Part shown: positions 17,709 to 27,071 of the stretch, one piece after another
Layout: the number at the start of each line of letters is the position of its first letter
Position numbering within the stretch: position 1 is the stretch's first letter
Origin: Gemmatimonadales bacterium
GTDB taxonomy: Bacteria; Gemmatimonadota; Gemmatimonadetes; Gemmatimonadales; GWC2-71-9
Direction of reading: 5' to 3'
Length of the DNA: 64,000 nucleotides
Assembly: GCA_036265815.1 (NCBI GenBank)
Contig: DATAOI010000087.1
Location: 6,849-70,848, forward strand
Translations under genes and position numbers: made by a program
The notes under the pieces: model-generated
The model's database searches: none
Told to the model about the DNA's origin: nothing
The model's input: only the letters and a program-made list of their open reading frames with translations

Positions 17709-19052
17709 ATGATACGGATGACCAGCCTCGTCCTCGCCGCGACCGCGATGTCACTCGGCGGATCGACGGGTGCACCCGCGCCCAGCCTGCGGAAGAGTTC
17801 ACCAGAGATTCGCGAGCTGCTCGCGGGCGCCCTGGGCGCGCCGCGCGCCCTGTGCGCGCTTGCCGCAACCGCGGTCGGCAACAACCGCTGGGGCGAGCGC
17901 GACGCGCCGGCGACGCCGCTCGCCCGCCCGAAGACACCAGACTCCCGCGGTACCCGCGAGACGCAGGGCACGCCGGAGGACGTGCGGTTCCTGCTGGAGA
18001 GTCTCTCGACTGATGACCCCTGCGTCCGCGAGCTCGCGGTGCGGCTGCTCGCCAATCAGGCGAGCGATCTGGCGGCGCCCGGTCTGCTGCAGCGGCTCGG
18101 GTCGGCCGATTCGGTAATGCGTACCCTCGCCGCGCTGGGGCTGGGATTGCTGCAGCCGAAGGGCGCGGTTGAGCCGCTGGTGCGAGCCGCCCATGACCCA
18201 TCTACCGGCGCGAGGGCGGATGCGCTCTGGGCGCTTGGGCGGATCGGCGATGGGCGCGCCGTGCGTCCGGCGACCGCCGCCCTGGGTGACGGCGCGCCCG
18301 TGGTGCGAGAAGCGGCGGCGGAGGCGTTAGGCCAGCTCGATTCCACGAGCGCGGTCCCGGCGCTGGTGCGCCTCCTCCACGACGACGCGGTGGCCTCCGT
18401 CCGGCGCACCGCGGCCTGGGCGCTGGGTCAGCTCGAGGCCAAATCGGGCGCCGACGGGCTCGCCCTGGCGCTGCGGGGCGATCGGGATGCCGGCGTACGC
18501 GAGATGAGCGCCTGGGCCTTGGCCAGCATCGAGGCGCGATCCGCCACACCGGTCCTGCTGCGGGCGGCACAGGCGGACAGCGACGCCGCCGTACGGGAGA
18601 CGGCGGTTTGGGCCCTCGGCGAGCTGGGCGATGCGTCGGCGGCCGAAGGCCTGGGTCAACTCCTCACGAAGGAGCGGAACGCGGAAGTGCGGAGAACCGC
18701 GGCGTGGGCCCTGGGTCAGCTCGACGTCCACACCGCGCCGAAGGCGCTGATCGGCGCCCTGAGCGACGCCGATGCCGAGCTGCGGGTCAAGGCAGCGTGG
18801 GCGCTCTCCGAGATCGCGGATGGCGCAGCCGTCCCCGCGCTCCGGGCCTCGTTGTCACGGGAGCAGGATGCCGATGCGCGGAAAGCCGAGGTCCGGGCGC
18901 TGATCCATTCGGGCGAACGCTCCGAGCAGTTGACCGAGCTCCTGCAGTCGAAGGATCCCGAGGTGCGTGAGGCGGCGATCCGGGGCATTGCGGGACACGG
19001 GGAGTCCGATCCGTGGCCCTGGCCCGAGCCTCGGCCCCGCCCGTTCCCCTGA
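17709..19052 (+). CDS. Secreted HEAT-repeat protein
   Basis: The start is MIRMTSLVLAATAMSLGGSTG, which is signal-peptide-like. About 10 HEAT-like units follow (VRRTAAWALGQL occurs twice; also VREMSAWALASI, VRETAVWALGELGD, LRVKAAWALSEI). The tail is DPWPWPEPRPRPFP. Confidence 0.8.
   Translation: MIRMTSLVLAATAMSLGGSTGAPAPSLRKSSPEIRELLAGALGAPRALCALAATAVGNNRWGERDAPATPLARPKTPDSRGTRETQGTPEDVRFLLESLSTDDPCVRELAVRLLANQASDLAAPGLLQRLGSADSVMRTLAALGLGLLQPKGAVEPLVRAAHDPSTGARADALWALGRIGDGRAVRPATAALGDGAPVVREAAAEALGQLDSTSAVPALVRLLHDDAVASVRRTAAWALGQLEAKSGADGLALALRGDRDAGVREMSAWALASIEARSATPVLLRAAQADSDAAVRETAVWALGELGDASAAEGLGQLLTKERNAEVRRTAAWALGQLDVHTAPKALIGALSDADAELRVKAAWALSEIADGAAVPALRASLSREQDADARKAEVRALIHSGERSEQLTELLQSKDPEVREAAIRGIAGHGESDPWPWPEPRPRPFP
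17982..18995 (+). repeat. Tandem HEAT-like coding repeats, about 31 aa / 93 nt period
   Basis: Repetition is visible at the DNA level, e.g. 18400-18440 versus 18690-18725 (gcggc.tgggc.ctgggtcagctcga). Confidence 0.7.
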
Positions 19053-19124
19053 GCGAATCTGGCGGGGCGATTTCGTCCAACCTTTTCGGCACAACCCGTG
19101 TCCAACCCGTGAACCTTCCCGCGG

Positions 19125-21671
19125 GTGTCTCACATGACTGCACTGCTCGGCGTTCTGTTGGGTCTTCAGGCGCAGGTGATGACGATCCCACGGCCGCGCC
19201 CGGCAACCACCGTCGTCCGGGCCACGCGCACGGCGGTGGCCCCCGTGCTCGACGGCCGGGATGACGACGTCGTGTGGCGGACCGCCCCGCCCGTCGACCA
19301 GTTCCTCGAGGCCAAGCCCAGCGAAGGCGTGGCACCGCGACTGCGGACGGAGGCGCGGGTGGCGTACGACGAGCACAACCTTTACGTGTTCGTCCGCGCA
19401 TTCGATCCCCACCCTGACAGCATCGTCAGCCTGCTCGCCCGCCGGGATGACCTGCCCGCCTCCGATTACATCAGCGTGATGCTCGACCCCTACCACGACC
19501 GGCGGACCGGGTACGAGTTCTCGGTGAACCCCGCCGGGGTCAAGGCGGACTACGCGATCTATAACGATGGCGACGAGGACGTCGCCTGGGACGCGGTATG
19601 GGACGCCGCGACCCGGATCGATTCGCTTGGCTGGACCGCGGAGTATCGGATCCCGCTCTCCCAGCTGCACTACTCGTCCAAGGGAAGCGGCACGTTCGGC
19701 CTGCTCCTCTGGCGGGTCATCCAGCGCCATACCGCGACCGTCACCTGGCCACTCTATCGCACCTCGCGCTCGGGCCTCACCTCCCAGTTCGGCGAGCTGA
19801 CCGGGCTGGACGGACTGGGCAGCCCGGGACACGCGGAGATCACGCCGTACGTCATCACCAAGAGCCAGCCGGACGCCGGCGCGGCCGACCCGGAGCAGAA
19901 TCAGGAGGTCTCTCTCGGCGGCGATCTGAAATACCGGCTCGCCTCGAATCTGCTGCTCAACGCCACCGTCAATCCCGATTTCGGCCAGGTCGAGGCCGAT
20001 CCGTCGGAGCTCAACCTCAGCGCCTTCGAGACCTTCTTCAGCGAGCGACGGCCGTTCTTCGTGGAGGGAAAGGGCCTCTTCACCTTCACCGTCAATTGCG
20101 TCGTGGTGGTCGACTGCAATACCGGGGAAGGGTTGTTCTATTCCCGCCGGATCGGGCGCTCGCCGCAGTTGGCCGACACCTATGGAGACGAGGCGTCCGC
20201 CACCTCGACCAAGATCCTGGGGGCCGGTAAGGTCACCGGACGCCTGCCGAACGGTTTCTCACTGGGGGCCCTCGACGCGGTGACCGATCATGTGGCGGGG
20301 CCGGGAGGCACCACGCTCGAGCCCGCGACCAATTACGGCGTGATCCGCGCCAATCAGGACTTCCACGGCGGCGATGCCAGCCTCGGGTTCATCGTAACGG
20401 GAGTGAACCGGTCGCTCGATGCCACCAGTGCGCCCTATCTCCATCGGAGCGCGTACGCCGGAGGAATCGATGGGCGGTGGCGGTTCCACGGCCGGTTCGA
20501 GATCTCCGGCTCGCTGGACCTGAGCCGGGTCGCGGGCGATGCGGCGGCGATCGCTCGCACCCAGCAGGACCCGGTCCATCTGTACCAGCGTCCGGACGGC
20601 CCGCTGACCTTCGATTCGACCCGGACCTCGTTGAGCGGCATCAATCAGGAGATCCGTTTCGCCAAGGTGGGCGGCAAGCGGCTGCACTTCGAGACGGCCT
20701 ACCAGCGGCGGACGCCGGGGTTCGAGGTCAACGACCTCGGGTTCCTCCGCCAGGCCGACCAGCAGGAGTGGACCAGCTGGGCGAACCTGGCGTTCAATCA
20801 TCCCAACCGGATTTTTCAGCAGCTCCGCTGGAATTTCAACAACTGGGAGCACTGGACCGCCGAGGGACTGCCGACCGAGCGGGCGTTCAACACCAATGTC
20901 CATGTCCAGTTCACCAACCGTTGGTGGCTGCACGTGGGGGGCACCATCGGCCAGCTCGGTGCTACCTATTGCGACCGTTGCGCGCGGGGTGGTCCGGCGG
21001 TCCGGCAGGACCCGTATCTCTCGCCCTGGATCACCATCCAGGGCGATGACCGCCGGCCGCTGGTGCCCTCCGTGTCGGCCAACTACACCAGGGGCGATCA
21101 GGGCCGCTCCGAGACGATCGACCTCTCGCCGACGCTCGATCTCAAGGTGTCCACTCGCTTTACCACCTCGCTCAGCGCGGAGTACAACCACAACCGGAAC
21201 GACCTGCAGTACTTCGACACGTTCACCGACCCGGCCGGCGGGCAGCACTACACCTTCGCGCATCTGCAGCAGAGGACCCTGAGCTTCACCTGGCGGCTGG
21301 GCTACACCTTCACGCCCACCACCTCGCTCCAGGTCTACGCTTCGCCGTTCGTCTCCAAGGGCACCTACACCGACATCCGTGAAGTGGCGGACGCGCGGGC
21401 GAGCGAGTACTCGGGGCGCTACCGGCCCTATACTGACCCCGCCGTCGCCGAGGATGACAGCGGGTTCAACTTCCAGCAGTTCCGCTCCAACGTGGTGTTC
21501 CGCTGGGAGTATCGCCCGGGGTCGACGCTGTTCCTGGTCTGGAGCCAGGGACGGCAGGCGGATTCGCCGGTCGAGGGCGCCGAGTCCTTCCGCGGCGACC
21601 TCGGCGACCTGTTCGGCCGGCGGGCACGCGATACGTTCCTGGTGAAGGTGTCGTACTGGTTCACCCGCTGA
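19125..21671 (+). CDS. CBM9-like / DUF5916-type large beta-rich protein (probable outer-membrane associated)
   Basis: The N-terminus, APVLDGRDDDVVWRTAPPVDQFLE...ARVAYDEHNLYVFVRAFD...DYISVMLDPYHDRRTGYEFSVNPAGV, has the family-9 carbohydrate-binding/DOMON-like pattern. The rest alternates in beta-strand style and ends in FLVKVSYWFTR. Confidence 0.7.
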   Translation: MSHMTALLGVLLGLQAQVMTIPRPRPATTVVRATRTAVAPVLDGRDDDVVWRTAPPVDQFLEAKPSEGVAPRLRTEARVAYDEHNLYVFVRAFDPHPDSIVSLLARRDDLPASDYISVMLDPYHDRRTGYEFSVNPAGVKADYAIYNDGDEDVAWDAVWDAATRIDSLGWTAEYRIPLSQLHYSSKGSGTFGLLLWRVIQRHTATVTWPLYRTSRSGLTSQFGELTGLDGLGSPGHAEITPYVITKSQPDAGAADPEQNQEVSLGGDLKYRLASNLLLNATVNPDFGQVEADPSELNLSAFETFFSERRPFFVEGKGLFTFTVNCVVVVDCNTGEGLFYSRRIGRSPQLADTYGDEASATSTKILGAGKVTGRLPNGFSLGALDAVTDHVAGPGGTTLEPATNYGVIRANQDFHGGDASLGFIVTGVNRSLDATSAPYLHRSAYAGGIDGRWRFHGRFEISGSLDLSRVAGDAAAIARTQQDPVHLYQRPDGPLTFDSTRTSLSGINQEIRFAKVGGKRLHFETAYQRRTPGFEVNDLGFLRQADQQEWTSWANLAFNHPNRIFQQLRWNFNNWEHWTAEGLPTERAFNTNVHVQFTNRWWLHVGGTIGQLGATYCDRCARGGPAVRQDPYLSPWITIQGDDRRPLVPSVSANYTRGDQGRSETIDLSPTLDLKVSTRFTTSLSAEYNHNRNDLQYFDTFTDPAGGQHYTFAHLQQRTLSFTWRLGYTFTPTTSLQVYASPFVSKGTYTDIREVADARASEYSGRYRPYTDPAVAEDDSGFNFQQFRSNVVFRWEYRPGSTLFLVWSQGRQADSPVEGAESFRGDLGDLFGRRARDTFLVKVSYWFTR

Positions 21672-21965
21672 GCCGGGGCGACCGCCCGAGCCTCAATTGT
21701 TCCGCAGCCACCCACTCTCCGCCCGCCGGATTGCCGGCCAGCTCACCTCGTGTGGCGCTTCGCGCCTCGATCTAGCCAAGATGGCGGGTAGATCTTCAGT
21801 CCACGTCGCAAGTCGGTGCGTGACTGTCTCTTGAGCTTCCCTTGACCGTCGCCCGTACTTTCTCCTCTGCAAGCTGTTAGCCGGACCAGTGAAGGGGATC
21901 GCGATCCCGCGAGTAGAGGCGTCGAGACGGTCATCCTTCCGTGATCCCTCGTACGAGGAGGACGC

Positions 21966-22976
21966 ATGTCACCCCGCCCGCCGCTCATTCTCCCGCTCCT
22001 ACTCAGCCTGTTCGCCGTCCTCTCCTGCGGTGAGGACACGACGCCGACCCAGCCCGGATCGACGGACGATCAGATCTCCGCCGCCACGGCATCGACCGCG
22101 TCGAACAGCTGGACCGACAAGGCTGCCCGTCCCGGAGAGTCCCTTTATGGGTTTGTCGGTGGAGTGGCTCCCAACTCGGCCGGGCAATCGATCCTCTACA
22201 CCTTCGGCGGTGTCAATGACGAAGGGGGCAGCGGGTTTCCCATCCAGGCCTACAACGCGGCGACGAACAGCTGGTCGACGAAGACGTCGGAGGTTTACAT
22301 GTACGACTTGAACGGCGTCGCCAAGATCGGGAGCAAGCTGTATTTCTCCGGTGGCCGCTCACACGACGGCACCGGGGACACACCGAGCGTGCCCACCACG
22401 TGGGCCTACGACTACACCAACGACCGCCTGACCCGGAAAGCCGACATGCCGAAGGCCACCTCCGAGGGCGTCACCGGGGTCATCGACGGCAAGATGTACG
22501 TGCTTCCTGGCTTCTGTGATGGTACGGGCTGGCCCTTCCCGGGCTACTGTGACCACTCGGCGATCCGCCAGTTGTTCCGCTACGATCCGGTGAACAACAA
22601 GTGGGGCGCCCTGCGGTCATGCCCCCACTATCATCCCTTCGGAGCGGGCGGGGTCATCAACGGGAAGTTCTATGTCGCAGGCGGCCTTGGCACCGCAGCG
22701 CTCGACGTCTTCGACCCTGCGACCGACAGTTGGAGTCCTCTCGCCCCGGTCCCCACCGCCGGGCGGGCCATCGGGACGATCCTCGGCCAGAAGCTCTACG
22801 TGATCACGGCAAGCGATAGCCATACCTACGCTTACGATCCCGGCACGAACACCTGGAAGGCCAGAGCTCCCTATCCTTCGGCAGGGCTGCCTCTGGCGCT
22901 CGGCCGGGTGGCACTGGATGGACGCAACTACCTGGTCGGGGTGGACGGCGCAGGCTCCCACCTGTACACGCCGTAG
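21966..22976 (+). CDS. Kelch-repeat lipoprotein
   Basis: The lipobox is LLLSLFAVLSCGED. Repeated blades: KLYFSGG, GKMYVLPG, GKFYVAGG, QKLYVITA. An SD sequence (GAGGAGGA) precedes the ATG. Confidence 0.8.
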   Translation: MSPRPPLILPLLLSLFAVLSCGEDTTPTQPGSTDDQISAATASTASNSWTDKAARPGESLYGFVGGVAPNSAGQSILYTFGGVNDEGGSGFPIQAYNAATNSWSTKTSEVYMYDLNGVAKIGSKLYFSGGRSHDGTGDTPSVPTTWAYDYTNDRLTRKADMPKATSEGVTGVIDGKMYVLPGFCDGTGWPFPGYCDHSAIRQLFRYDPVNNKWGALRSCPHYHPFGAGGVINGKFYVAGGLGTAALDVFDPATDSWSPLAPVPTAGRAIGTILGQKLYVITASDSHTYAYDPGTNTWKARAPYPSAGLPLALGRVALDGRNYLVGVDGAGSHLYTP

Positions 22977-22979
22977 CCG

Positions 22980-25900
22980 TCACTCCCTGGACGAGACCAA
23001 GGCCTTGCCCTGGAGCTCGCGCGATTCCGCTGGCGAGTCCTGATCCCCACTCCACCGGCCGTGCGCCGGCCGGTGGAGCGGATCGGCACCGATGGTGCCG
23101 ACCAGCGAGGTCACATACTCGGGAGCGCTCATCCGCTCGAGCTCCGCGCGCGCGTGCTCGAGACGCTTGGCGATGCCGAGGCGCACCGCCTCGTCGCGAT
23201 GGCCCGCGCGCGCCAGGAATTGGGTCAAGCTCCGCGCGTGACGCTCCCAGAGCGCCACATCCCGCTGCTGCTTGATGGCCAGACGCTCGTGGTACCAGTC
23301 GCTGGCGAGCAGCGCTTCGCGGGTGAACAGCCTCCGGATATCGGGATGTCCCGCGTCTTTCCCTTGGTAGTGCCCGTGGGCCATGATGTGGAGCAACGCT
23401 CTGAGCGGAGGGCAGGCGTCCTCGATCGTACCATCCTTGAAATACGCCGCGGCCACCCGCTGCTGGGCCTCCACGATGTTGTCGATCCCGTCGGTGAAGA
23501 CCGCCCGGTCCTGCAGCTCGGGCTGCAGGATCTCCTCGGTGAATACCGTGCTGGGATTGTCGAACACCCGCCCGAAGTAGGTGTGCACGAACTTGGCCGT
23601 GATGCGGTAGCCGAGGCGGCTGGCGAGCACCTTCCGGCCAGCGGATTCGTAGTCCTCGAGCTTCTCCAGGTGTCCGGCCTCGATCAGCCGCTTCGGGTCA
23701 CGCTCGTGGGGGAACAGCCGGCACCAGATCTCGGGAATGAGCAGGCTGATGTCGTGGTCCACCCGGTAGCGCGGCCCGATGAATCCCGCCGCCGAGCTGA
23801 AGCCGGCGTAGCCGGTGAGCAGCATCGCGACCAGCGCGTTGTTGAGATCGGCGGTGGCTGCGAGCGCGTTGAATGGGCCCTTGGTGAGGGCCCCCTCCGA
23901 CCCCGCCCCCGTGGTGCTCGGCGACGTTCCTGTCAGCGAGCACACGTAGTCCATGAACAGCTCCGGCAATTCCTGGTAGTGGATGGGTCCGTACACGCAA
24001 AGCGGACGGACGCCGTCTTCCGGCCGATTGTTCCGCCGCCCGGACAGTACGCTGATCACCGGGAACAGCACGGGCGCGTGGAGCGGGAGCCGCCGATTGA
24101 GCCGCGCGCCCATTTCCGCCACGTAGCGATCGCGCGGACGGGCGAGGTCGGGCCTGAGCTGCAGGTAGCGCGGATTCTTGGTGGGCTTGCCGCCGATCAG
24201 CCGGGGCTGGGCCGAGCAGATGGAGAAACCGTCGTCGGCGAGCGCCGCGTTCGCGGCGACATGCTCGCGCATCGGTGGGGTGAAGGCGTCATGCACCGCC
24301 ACGTCCTCTACGATCCGCTGCGCGTCCGCTCGGGTGAGCGGCTGGAAGTTCGAGCAGAAGAGGCCCGGCCCCGCCATGTCCTCCTCGGTCTGCCGGTCCA
24401 GGCCGGGATGGATGGCGTCGTCCGGGCGCTGGAACAGCCGCACCTCGCAGTTCTCCGCCAGCTTGAGGCTGGGATGGCCGTCGTACTCGCCCGGGAGCCC
24501 GATCAGGCGGCGTGCCGGGACCACCACCGCGGCGGTGATATCGTCCTCCATCTGCACCTTGTCGGCCGCGACGAAGTCCTGCCGCAGCTTGTAGGTGCGC
24601 CAGGCCCCGTGCTCCTCGCGGCCGATCCGGAGATAGTTGGCCACCAGTCGCCGGCCCTCGTACTTGAGCTCGTGCCCCGGCGCGCCGTTGATGATGTCGA
24701 CGCTGAAGTAACGCTGCCAATCATCCCCCCACTCGGGCCGGTGAAAGCGCTTGATGACGAAGACCAGCGCGCGCACATGATTGGGAATGCTCTCGAGCCA
24801 CGCGTTGTACTCCGGCGTGAACTCGGCCGGATTGGGGGTGAGCAGCTTGACCACCGAGCCGAGCGAGCGGTCGGGGGAGAGGATCGGCCGTGAAGCTCCG
24901 CGCCCGTCCGCCGCGCGAAGCTCGGACAGGCGTACCTCCTCGTAGTCCCGCTCGAAGATCGCCTGGACCTGCGCCATGTCGTCGTCGAAACTTCGTACGT
25001 AGAAGGAGCCCGGCAGCACCGCGTCGACCAGGCTCTTGCTGATCTCCGACTTGCCCCCACCCGATACGGTGCACGGCTTGTGGCAGAATGCGCCCTCCGG
25101 CACGGTTCCGATCAGCCGCCAGCTCGGCGCCGCGCGATGCTTGGCCATGCGGACCTTGTAGCCGCTCGGGTGGATGTAAATCCGCCCGGGCAGAAGCTTG
25201 AGGTGCTGCTCCTTCCCCTGGCTCATCCAGGTGATGTCCTGGCGGGGGACGTCGATCACCATGTCTTCCGGCATGTAGTGGATCTCGGGATACTGCACGT
25301 CGGTCGCGTACCCCGAGTCGTGGAACCTGGCGCGCTGCCCCAGGAGCCCGCGCACTTCGGCGAAGCGGTGACTGGCGCTCACGATCCTCACGAGATCCGG
25401 GACGAACCGGTCGCCCAGGTTGAAGGTCGGAAAGGCCAGCACCCCGCCCGCGTGCTCCTCCTCCGCCAGGCCGAAGAGGTTGGCGCTGTAGCCGATCTGG
25501 GTCTTGATCTCCTTCTTGCAGTACCCGAAATAGTTGTCGGCGAGGATGGTGACCATCACGCCCTGGGTTCCGCGCGAGGTGACCTTGAATGGCCTGCCCT
25601 CGTTGTAGAGCTCGCCCTCGTCGGCCCAGCACATGCCCGCCGCGCGCTCGGCCTCGGTGGCGCGGCTCACGTGCGGCAGGCCCAGGTCCGTCTTCCGAAG
25701 CCGGGTGAGGTGGGGCGCCAGGATCACGCAGCCGCTGTGGCCGGTCCAGCCGTCCACGTCGAGCGCGGCGTCGTTGGCCGGCAGGTACGGATCGCCGGCG
25801 TTGCCGAAGATGCTCTCCACGAAATCCAGGTTCGAGACCAGCCCGCCGGGCGCGAAGAAGCGCACCTCCATCCGCTTTTCCGGGGCCACCCTGGGGACCG

Positions 25901-26534
25901 CCGGACACACCAGCGGCCGCAGCAGGAGCGAGACCACGGTCTCGACCGGATCGGACCAGTTGATGGTGAAGGGGAGGCGAGTCAACTGGGCCGGAGGCCG
26001 CAGGGCCTCCTGCAGCAGGCGAACGAATGCGCCGAGCGGCACCCGGGTCTTGTCCGCGGGAATGGGAAGTCCACCCTCGGCCACGTGGAACACGCCCTGG
26101 GTGGTGCGGCGATCGTTGACCGGATTGTGCAGCACGCCGTTGTCCAGCCGGTAACTCGAGACCAGCTCGTTGTGCCACGCGTTCCCGTCGATCGGCAAGG
26201 ACAGCTCTCGGGCGAGTCCGTAATGATCGAGGATGAGGGTCTCGGCGGGCAGCCGTACCGGCTCGGCAAAACCGGCGGCCGCCAACAGCGCGTCGATGTA
26301 GTCCTGGATCCGCCGGTCGGCCGGGCACAGGTGCTCGGAGAGCAGCCGGGTCTGCTCCCGATAGCGGGCGAAGAGATCGCCCGCAAGCTGGAGCACGTTC
26401 TCGTCACCGGTATCCGCCGGGATCTGGACGCCCATGGCCGCGAGCTTGAGCAGGATGGAGCTGACGGCAGCGTGGCGGTCCGGGAGCCAGACCGACCCGT
26501 CGGGGCGGAGGCCTACTGCACGCTCGAGCTCCAT
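22980..26534 (-). CDS. Large (1184 aa) conserved protein; possible PPi-dependent phosphoenolpyruvate carboxykinase family (tentative)
   Basis: The reading frame is uninterrupted and protein-like. ILADNYFGYCKKEIKTQ (about 25512-25532) resembles the Y-G-G-x-x-K-K box of ATP/GTP PEPCKs. TVSGGGKSEISKS (about 25044-25064) resembles the PEPCK P-loop (GxSGxGK[ST]). The size fits the ~130 kDa PPi-PEPCKs. Confidence 0.4.
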   Translation of the reverse strand: MELERAVGLRPDGSVWLPDRHAAVSSILLKLAAMGVQIPADTGDENVLQLAGDLFARYREQTRLLSEHLCPADRRIQDYIDALLAAAGFAEPVRLPAETLILDHYGLARELSLPIDGNAWHNELVSSYRLDNGVLHNPVNDRRTTQGVFHVAEGGLPIPADKTRVPLGAFVRLLQEALRPPAQLTRLPFTINWSDPVETVVSLLLRPLVCPAVPRVAPEKRMEVRFFAPGGLVSNLDFVESIFGNAGDPYLPANDAALDVDGWTGHSGCVILAPHLTRLRKTDLGLPHVSRATEAERAAGMCWADEGELYNEGRPFKVTSRGTQGVMVTILADNYFGYCKKEIKTQIGYSANLFGLAEEEHAGGVLAFPTFNLGDRFVPDLVRIVSASHRFAEVRGLLGQRARFHDSGYATDVQYPEIHYMPEDMVIDVPRQDITWMSQGKEQHLKLLPGRIYIHPSGYKVRMAKHRAAPSWRLIGTVPEGAFCHKPCTVSGGGKSEISKSLVDAVLPGSFYVRSFDDDMAQVQAIFERDYEEVRLSELRAADGRGASRPILSPDRSLGSVVKLLTPNPAEFTPEYNAWLESIPNHVRALVFVIKRFHRPEWGDDWQRYFSVDIINGAPGHELKYEGRRLVANYLRIGREEHGAWRTYKLRQDFVAADKVQMEDDITAAVVVPARRLIGLPGEYDGHPSLKLAENCEVRLFQRPDDAIHPGLDRQTEEDMAGPGLFCSNFQPLTRADAQRIVEDVAVHDAFTPPMREHVAANAALADDGFSICSAQPRLIGGKPTKNPRYLQLRPDLARPRDRYVAEMGARLNRRLPLHAPVLFPVISVLSGRRNNRPEDGVRPLCVYGPIHYQELPELFMDYVCSLTGTSPSTTGAGSEGALTKGPFNALAATADLNNALVAMLLTGYAGFSSAAGFIGPRYRVDHDISLLIPEIWCRLFPHERDPKRLIEAGHLEKLEDYESAGRKVLASRLGYRITAKFVHTYFGRVFDNPSTVFTEEILQPELQDRAVFTDGIDNIVEAQQRVAAAYFKDGTIEDACPPLRALLHIMAHGHYQGKDAGHPDIRRLFTREALLASDWYHERLAIKQQRDVALWERHARSLTQFLARAGHRDEAVRLGIAKRLEHARAELERMSAPEYVTSLVGTIGADPLHRPAHGRWSGDQDSPAESRELQGKALVSSRE

Positions 26535-26576
26535 GGCGGCCTCCCTGCGCGGGGTAGTTCGAGGTTCGGCATCAGC

Positions 26577-27071
26577 TCACCCCGCGACACGCTTCAGCGC
26601 GTCCGCGAAATCCTGCTTGCCGCCGAAACCGGTGTAAATGACCTTGCCCTTGGCGTCGATGATCACGACGTACGAGGTCCCGGGCACCTGGTAGGCCTTG
26701 AGGCTGGTCTTGCCCTCGTCCCAGAGCGGCCGGTACGGGGGTTTCTCGGTGTCGCGGTACCGGCGCACCCGTGCGAGGGTCTGGTTGGTGGTGACGTTCA
26801 TCCCCAGGAATTCGACCTTGGCGCCATAGCGCGCGGCCGCCGCTTTCACCGTAGGGAGCAGCTCCGCGCAGTTGGTGCACCAGGTCGCCCAGAACTCCAG
26901 GAAGACCGGCTTCTTTCCGATCCACCGCCCCAAATCAACTCGGTTCCCATCGAGGTCCTGCACCGTGACCACGGGTGCTTTGTCTCCGACGGCGATGCCG
27001 GTTTGTGCCCCGGCCGGGCGGGCGGCCAGGAGCCCCGCTGCGAGCAGGACCGGCGTGAATCCTTTTCTCAT
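26577..27071 (-). CDS. TlpA/ResA-like thiol:disulfide oxidoreductase (redoxin), exported
   Basis: The start is MRKGFTPVLLAAGLLAARPAGA, a signal peptide. The CxxC motif is FWATWCTNC. The track ORF has a 32-aa spurious extension. Confidence 0.85.
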   Translation of the reverse strand: MRKGFTPVLLAAGLLAARPAGAQTGIAVGDKAPVVTVQDLDGNRVDLGRWIGKKPVFLEFWATWCTNCAELLPTVKAAAARYGAKVEFLGMNVTTNQTLARVRRYRDTEKPPYRPLWDEGKTSLKAYQVPGTSYVVIIDAKGKVIYTGFGGKQDFADALKRVAG

